64,000 bases of DNA from Candidatus Eiseniibacteriota bacterium (lineage in GTDB: Bacteria; Eisenbacteria; RBG-16-71-46; CAIMUX01; VGJL01), in contig JBHGAY010000016.1 in NCBI GenBank assembly GCA_041946735.1, positions 32,001-96,000 of the forward strand, given 5' to 3'. The notes under the pieces are model-generated. The model did not search any database and was not told the DNA's origin. It saw only the letters and a list, made by a program, of their open reading frames with translations. The position numbers were made by a program, and so were the translations under genes. How positions within the stretch are numbered: the stretch's first letter is position 1; each line of letters begins with the position of its first letter. Shown piece after piece: positions 58,578 to 64,000 of this stretch.

Positions 58578-58905
58578 CGGAGGCAGGGCGGAGCGTCGCC
58601 GGCTTGCTGACTCACAACCTTGCCCTGCTCCGTCAGTTACATGCCGGAGGGACTGCCACACCGCCGATGATTCCCGGACCGCCCCAGCCAGCCTCCACCG
58701 TCGGCCCTGCAGGGATTGCCGGGCTCGGGCGGCCGATCTTTCCGGTCGGTCGGGGAGTTGTTGCCGGTGGGGCAGGTGCAGAAGCGGGCCGGCGGAGCGG
58801 GGGAGCCGGCTCCGCCGTCGACCGTCGACCGTCGACGGATCCTGCACGTTTCGCTAAACTCGAGAGGCGCAATTCCAGCAGCGTGTCCTATCTGAAGGGG
58901 AAGGG

Positions 58906-60138
58906 ATGGCCACCACGATGCGCAATGTCTCCGCAGCTTCCGGCTTCGTCGCTTCGGCCTCCGGCGCCTTTCTGTTCCTCGGCGCCTTTCTGCTCCTCGG
59001 CGCCTCTCTGCTACTCGGAGCCGTTCCGGCGGCCTTCGGGGTCGTCCGCACGGTCTACCCCGACGGCTCTGGCGAGTACCCAACGATCCAGGCGGCGGTC
59101 GATGCCTCGGTGGACGGCGACGTGATCGAACTCGCTCCGGGCACGTTCACCGGCGCCGGCAATCGAGACGTGGAGGTTCCCGCTCGGTCGCTCACCATCC
59201 GCTCCCAGTCGGGCGATCCCGACGCCTGCGTCGTCGATTGCGAGCACGCCGGCCGTGCGTTCTCCTTCGTGGCGCGCGCGGCGGGGCAGGCGCTCGAAGG
59301 CATCACGATCACCGGCGGGCTGACCACCGAGGGTGGCGGCGGCGCGCTCCGGCTGAACTCCGGAGTGACCGTCTCGGACTGCGTCTTCCAAGGCAATCAC
59401 ACGGAGTATGGGGGGGGTGCAGTGGTCGTGGACGAAGTCGCCCCGGTCTTTCTCCGCTGTCGGTTCCTGGACAACTCCGCGCAATACGCCGGCGGAGCCT
59501 TAGCCGGAGGCGGCACGGCGCCACAGCAGACATCCCCCGTGTTCGAGGACTGCCAGTTCGTGGGGAACGTGGCGGCCGACTTCGGCGGCGGCGCGGTCTT
59601 TCTCGAAGCGGTCGCGCTCCGGGATGCGACGTTCCGCGGCTGCACGTTCGCGCGAAACAGCGCGCAGCGCGGCGGCGCGCTCCTGCTCTACGGATTCTCG
59701 CCACTCCTCGAAAGCTGCACGTTCGTCCACAACGCGGCTTCCGGTGGCGGCGGCGTGGTCGAGTGCGTCTTCTCGGGCTACTGGCCGGCCAGTCCGACGA
59801 TTACCAACACGATCCTTGCCTTCTCGACTGTGGGCGCGGCCGTGACCTGCTCGGCCGGCAGCCAGCCCACGCTCCTTTGCTCGGACGTCTACGGCAACGC
59901 GGGAGGGGACTGGGTCGGTTGCATCCAGGATCAAGCCGGGGAGGAAGGGAACATCAGCGAAGACCCGCTCTTCTGCGGGGACGAAGAAGACGACTACACG
60001 ATCGCGAGCGGCTCGCCCTGCGCGCCACAACACGATCCCGACTGCGGCCTGATCGGCGCCTGGCCGGTCGGCTGCGATGGACCGGTGCCGGTCGTCGTGA
60101 CGAGTTGGGGACGGATCAAGAGAGGATATGGTCGCTAA
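58906..60138 (+). CDS. Secreted right-handed beta-helix protein with C-terminal TSWGRIK tail
   Basis: YPTIQAAVD...GDVIELAPG; repeated CxFxxNxA..GGA; GNISEDPLFC; ends VVVTSWGRIKRGYGR; alternative start 58918. Confidence 0.85.
   Translation: MATTMRNVSAASGFVASASGAFLFLGAFLLLGASLLLGAVPAAFGVVRTVYPDGSGEYPTIQAAVDASVDGDVIELAPGTFTGAGNRDVEVPARSLTIRSQSGDPDACVVDCEHAGRAFSFVARAAGQALEGITITGGLTTEGGGGALRLNSGVTVSDCVFQGNHTEYGGGAVVVDEVAPVFLRCRFLDNSAQYAGGALAGGGTAPQQTSPVFEDCQFVGNVAADFGGGAVFLEAVALRDATFRGCTFARNSAQRGGALLLYGFSPLLESCTFVHNAASGGGGVVECVFSGYWPASPTITNTILAFSTVGAAVTCSAGSQPTLLCSDVYGNAGGDWVGCIQDQAGEEGNISEDPLFCGDEEDDYTIASGSPCAPQHDPDCGLIGAWPVGCDGPVPVVVTSWGRIKRGYGR
58963..59016 (+). repeat. Three imperfect 18-bp tandem repeats in the signal-peptide coding region
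   Basis: GGCGCCTTTCTGTTCCTC / GGCGCCTTTCTGCTCCTC / GGCGCCTCTCTGCTACTC. Confidence 0.8.
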
Positions 60139-60216
60139 CAGTTTCCGAGGGTAAACCACCGTGGGTTTTGTCTTTCCGCGCTGAAGCGATCCTGCCGTTC
60201 CTTCGAAGGAGGAATC

Positions 60217-61449
60217 ATGCGAGCCGCGGCCGCCGTTTTGCTCCTATGGCTAATGTCTCTTGTCTGGTTCTTCTCCGGCGCCGCCTTTGCCGACAAGATC
60301 GGCGGTCCCGAGAAGCTATGGCGTCCCATTTCCCCACCCGCGCGAGCCATCTATCCGGAGCAGGAGCCCAACGATTCCTGCCCGGGGCAGTTGATTTCCG
60401 GGGGGGACACCGTCTCGCCCGCTTCCTATGACCCTTCCAGCGACGATGACTGGTATCAGTTCTTCGCTGTCGCTGACGTCCAGGTAACGATTGCGACCGG
60501 GACCTACGACGGTTCGGACGTGGACACGTATCTGGAGCTGTACGACTCGGACTGCGTGACCCTGCTGGCCTACAACGACGACGGCGGTCCGGGACTGTTC
60601 TCATTCCTCTCGAACTTCCAGGTCCCGCACACCGGCTATTACAACATCAAGAGCTTCTCCTACGGACACCACTACACCGGCTTCTACGAGCTATATCTGT
60701 ATGGCGCCCCTCCGCCGATACCCGATCCGAACGATGTCTGCACCACCGGCTATGTCATTTCCCGATGCGGAACCGGCACTGTGAGCGGCGACATGTCGCC
60801 GGATCACGACGACTACGATCCCGGAGCGGATGGCTGCGCCAATGGATATCCCGAGGCAGGAATCGACGTGACGTACCAGATGGATCTCGAGCAGGGCGAT
60901 TGGGTCGACCTCACGTACAACACTCCGAACCACGACGCGGCCATCTACATCATCACCGACTGCGAAAATCCGGCGGGGTCTTGCGTGGTTGGAGCGGACG
61001 CGGGATACGACACCGAGACGATCAACTGGATCGCTCCAGCGGCAGGCACCTACTACGTGATCCTGGATCACTACGGCACCGGCCAAGGCGCAGGACCGTG
61101 GACACTCGAGTACGACATGCTGAACTGCCCGCCGCCGGGCGCGGGGGCCTGTTGCTACGAGAACAACTCGTGTCACGTTCTTTGGCAGGAGGAATGCGAG
61201 GCCAGTGGCGGCATCTTCCATCCGGAGTGGGAGAACTGCGACGTCGCCGACTGCGGGGTTACCGACCCGCCGCGCGCGTGCTGCGTCGACGGCGATTGCT
61301 ACTTCGTTCCCTTCGATATATGCGTGATCGAAATGGGCGGTCAGTGGATGGGCGATCCGTCGTGCGAGGGGGTCGAATGCCCTCCGGTTGCGGCCATCTC
61401 CGTTACCTGGGGCAAGATCAAGGCTTCCTACCGAGGCGCGACCGAGTAA
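60217..61449 (+). CDS. Secreted protein with PPC-like beta-sandwich domains, two ACC Cys-rich repeats and TWGKIK tail
   Basis: EQEPND, DDDWYQF, DTYLELYD, YNDDGG, GTYYVILD; GACC/RACC repeats; ends SVTWGKIKASYRGATE. Confidence 0.85.
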   Translation: MRAAAAVLLLWLMSLVWFFSGAAFADKIGGPEKLWRPISPPARAIYPEQEPNDSCPGQLISGGDTVSPASYDPSSDDDWYQFFAVADVQVTIATGTYDGSDVDTYLELYDSDCVTLLAYNDDGGPGLFSFLSNFQVPHTGYYNIKSFSYGHHYTGFYELYLYGAPPPIPDPNDVCTTGYVISRCGTGTVSGDMSPDHDDYDPGADGCANGYPEAGIDVTYQMDLEQGDWVDLTYNTPNHDAAIYIITDCENPAGSCVVGADAGYDTETINWIAPAAGTYYVILDHYGTGQGAGPWTLEYDMLNCPPPGAGACCYENNSCHVLWQEECEASGGIFHPEWENCDVADCGVTDPPRACCVDGDCYFVPFDICVIEMGGQWMGDPSCEGVECPPVAAISVTWGKIKASYRGATE

Positions 61450-61475
61450 GACCGGCAGGCGAAAGGGGGATGTGA

Positions 61476-61835
61476 GAAGGACGGGAGACAGCGGCCATCC
61501 TGCATGCGTCGGGGAAGGCTCCCGGATCGACGAGCCGCGCCTACCATGCCGCCTTTCACGCTGCCCGAGCTCTGCTCCTGACCTTGGGACTCCAGCCGCG
61601 CAGCCACGAGGGAGTGCGCCACCTGCTCTCTCCTCTCTTCGTGAGAAGCGGCAAGCTTGATCCTCGGCTCGCGCGAGCGCTATCGAGTGTCGCGAGGACT
61701 CGCGAAGACGCAGACTACGACGCGGCCGCCGTCTTCACGACCGCCGACAGCGAGGAGGCGCTTCGCGCGGCGGAGCAGTTCCGGGCGGCCGCACGCGCGA
61801 TCCTTCAGGTGGACGGTTGGTTGAAGCGAGGGTAG
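61476..61835 (+). pseudogene. HEPN domain (UPF0332-like) gene lacking its start
   Basis: SRAYHAAFHAARALL...PRSHEGV...REDADY; in-frame TGA at 61473-61475 and no start codon before the conserved N-terminal helix. Confidence 0.7.
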
Positions 61836-62352
61836 CGAGTCCTCTTTGGGCAGGTCGGCGCCGAGCTAGGCCGTCGGGCCGATCTTGCGCCGCCGCATCT
61901 TCCGCCATCCGGCCCGGCACAGCACCTCAGGGGGAATGTGGGGCCGCCGGCCATCGAGGCATCTCAGCACCGGCGGCCCCAGGCTGACTTTCACCCGGCG
62001 CCCCGTCGGGCGCCGGCCCGTAGCGTTTCCGCAGCGCGGCGGCCGGCTACGCGGCCGGGTCCATCGAGGCGCCGGCCGTCCCGGCCGTCCCCGTCCCGGT
62101 CGTCGCGTCCGATGTCGCCTTCACTTCAAGCGGGATGAGAGCGCGCGCTCCCGGACGATTGCCGCGCCTCCAGGCTTGAGCCGGGGAGAAAGGGCCTCGG
62201 TGGCGGGGCGACGACGACTCCTCGTGCGTTCCGGGTTCGAGATGTCACGGGTTCGAGATTGGAGGAGCAGAGCGGACGGCCTACAATTGCCTCCCGGTAC
62301 AATCGAGCCGGCGCTCTCTGTGGAAGTACGAATGAGAGGGGAGGCACGTACG

Positions 62353-63117
62353 ATGCCCAAGAGCCTCGGGTCGCTCGGGGGAGAAGAGCCGGGTTCCTTG
62401 CTGTCATTCGAGCGCGTGCCGGCCGTTCGCTCCCGCGTTGTCGCCGTGTACCTTCTCGCGGCGCTCGCGCTGGCGCTGGCCGTGCCGGGGGCGCGGTCCA
62501 ACGGCGCGGCGGAGAAGAGCGCCGGCGGGACGGGGAGGAGCGACCTCCAGCGCACCTTCGTGGGACCGGACGCCTTTGCAGTGAGCTTCGATTCGGAGTG
62601 GATCCGGCTCGCCGTCCTCGGCGACAGCCTGGAGGTCCGAGCGAGCTACTTCCTCCGCTGCCGCGAGCCCGACGGCGCTCGCGTCACCCTGTTCTTCCCT
62701 TTCCCGGAGGACTCGCTCCTCGGTCCGGCGCGGATGATCTCGCTTCATGCAGGCGTCGAGCGCGCCGCGCTGTCGGCCATCCCGTGGCGTCCGATGCCTC
62801 CCACGTCTGCCATGTCTGCGGTCCGGTTCGAGACGCCGCCGTGCACCGGGGACACTGTCTTCGTCGACGCGGTCTACCGGCAGCAACTCCTGGGCCCCTA
62901 CGCCCGATACATCGTGACGACCACCCGGGCCTGGCATCGCCCGCTCCGGCACGCCCGGTTCGACGTCCGTTTGCCCGAAGGCGCGGTCCCGATCGACTTC
63001 AGCTTTCCGTTCGAGGCCCGCGAGGACTCGGTCGGGCGCTTCTACTCCTACGAGGTCGACTCCTTCTATCCGGATCGCGACATAATCGTCCGCTGGAAGG
63101 GGGTAACGGGCGAGTAG
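62353..63117 (+). CDS. Exported hypothetical protein (DUF4424-like)
   Basis: Hydrophobic segment, SFDSEWIRL...LFFPFP...YIVTTTRAW; GGAGG RBS; start uncertain. Confidence 0.6.
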   Translation: MPKSLGSLGGEEPGSLLSFERVPAVRSRVVAVYLLAALALALAVPGARSNGAAEKSAGGTGRSDLQRTFVGPDAFAVSFDSEWIRLAVLGDSLEVRASYFLRCREPDGARVTLFFPFPEDSLLGPARMISLHAGVERAALSAIPWRPMPPTSAMSAVRFETPPCTGDTVFVDAVYRQQLLGPYARYIVTTTRAWHRPLRHARFDVRLPEGAVPIDFSFPFEAREDSVGRFYSYEVDSFYPDRDIIVRWKGVTGE

Positions 63118-63360
63118 CTCGAACGTTGTAGCCACCCGCTGCCAGCAGGCGGTCCCGCGGCTCCTGTCAATCCGACGCGTCCTCCTGCGGCTCCCGGATG
63201 GGCGGCGATCGTTGCTTGCGACCTGCACGCACACGCCTCGCGATTGATGTCCTGGCAGGAGAGGCGCATACTCTCTGCGCGTCATTCCATCGTGATTGCG
63301 GTTCCGGGGGTGCCGCAGCCCGGACAGCGCGCGGCGGGTACCCGGAGGAAGGAGACCACC

Positions 63361-64000
63361 GTGCCGCGCCACACCTTCACCGCTCCGCGTTCGATCGCGC
63401 TTCTCGTCCTGATCCCTCTCGCCGGCGCTCTGAGCGGACTCGTCGATCCGCAAGCGGCGCAAGCCAACCTCGGCCCGGCGGCGTTGATCTACTTCGATGT
63501 GCGTCCGTTCGAGGGCCCTTACCCGTGTGAACCGCCTTCGATGGACTGCGAGGACATGCAACAGACGACCCCCGCGGAGGGGTACGTCGAATTCAAGATT
63601 TACGTCCAGAGCAACTCCGGGACCCCCGTGACCAGCTTCACGGCCGACATGACTTGGCCGGATGAATGGTGGCTCTACGACTTCTCGTTCTGCCAGGGGG
63701 GAACCGGCACGTTGGATTACTGGGGAGGGAATCCGCACCGCCTCGAGGTTCACTTCCCGTGCGAGGGCCAGCCGTATCCCTTCCTCGCTGTGCATATGAT
63801 CATGTCGGTTCACGGCTATGGCAAGCTGACCACGGACAACGCCCACTTGTGGGCACATTGCCCACCCGAGGGACATGACGTGATAGCCGACTCCATGTAC
63901 GGCGAGGCGGGTCCCGGCTGCGAGTTCACGAACCAGCCATGCGACTTCTGGGAATTCGCCTGTGAGCCTAACTTCTCTCAGGACCACTTGGACTTGTCGG
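63361..64000 (+). CDS. Secreted Cys-containing hypothetical protein, partial (runs off the window)
   Basis: GGAGGAAGGAG RBS, GTG start, signal peptide, open frame to the window end; absent from the ORF track because it has no stop. Confidence 0.7.
   Translation, partial: MPRHTFTAPRSIALLVLIPLAGALSGLVDPQAAQANLGPAALIYFDVRPFEGPYPCEPPSMDCEDMQQTTPAEGYVEFKIYVQSNSGTPVTSFTADMTWPDEWWLYDFSFCQGGTGTLDYWGGNPHRLEVHFPCEGQPYPFLAVHMIMSVHGYGKLTTDNAHLWAHCPPEGHDVIADSMYGEAGPGCEFTNQPCDFWEFACEPNFSQDHLDLS

Noticed and set aside
2383..59125. Many long antisense or alternate-frame ORFs (e.g. 2383-4047, 7402-9156, 15521-17629, 24955-26796, 44927-46753, 53418-56117)
   Set aside because: They shadow well-supported genes on the opposite strand, have no motifs, and are expected in high-GC DNA with few stop codons

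Overview
GC-rich bacterial window from a probable anaerobe. The many secreted proteins ending in FlgD-Ig/T9SS-like C-terminal domains or a short '[TS]WGxIK' tail suggest a Ca. Eisenbacteria/Latescibacterota-like lineage (inference only). Contents in order: (1) an sxtIJKL-like carbamoyltransferase cassette; (2) a complete [FeFe]-hydrogenase operon (rex-hydCBA, sensory hydrogenase-kinase, RR, RR-HK, hydEGF) with tandem Rex operators at its promoter; (3) about 28 kb of mostly secreted or surface proteins with several gene remnants; (4) a sigma54-driven flagellar export/switch operon fliL-M-N-(OP fusion)-Q-R-flhB-A-F-G-fliA; (5) more secreted Cys-rich proteins and a HEPN remnant. Highlights the ORF track does not show: a secreted Omp28/thioredoxin-like selenoprotein (in-frame UGA in a UxxC motif plus a SECIS-like hairpin); a candidate short C-terminal sorting tag that appears interchangeable with the FlgD-like CTD; a twice-repeated two-gene 'TYQG + DGGG/TIGQ-CTD' module; and a clean 174-bp in-frame inversion inside an LVIVD gene. 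No rRNA, tRNA, CRISPR array or intact transposase was recognised. All family calls come from motif recognition; no database search was run.
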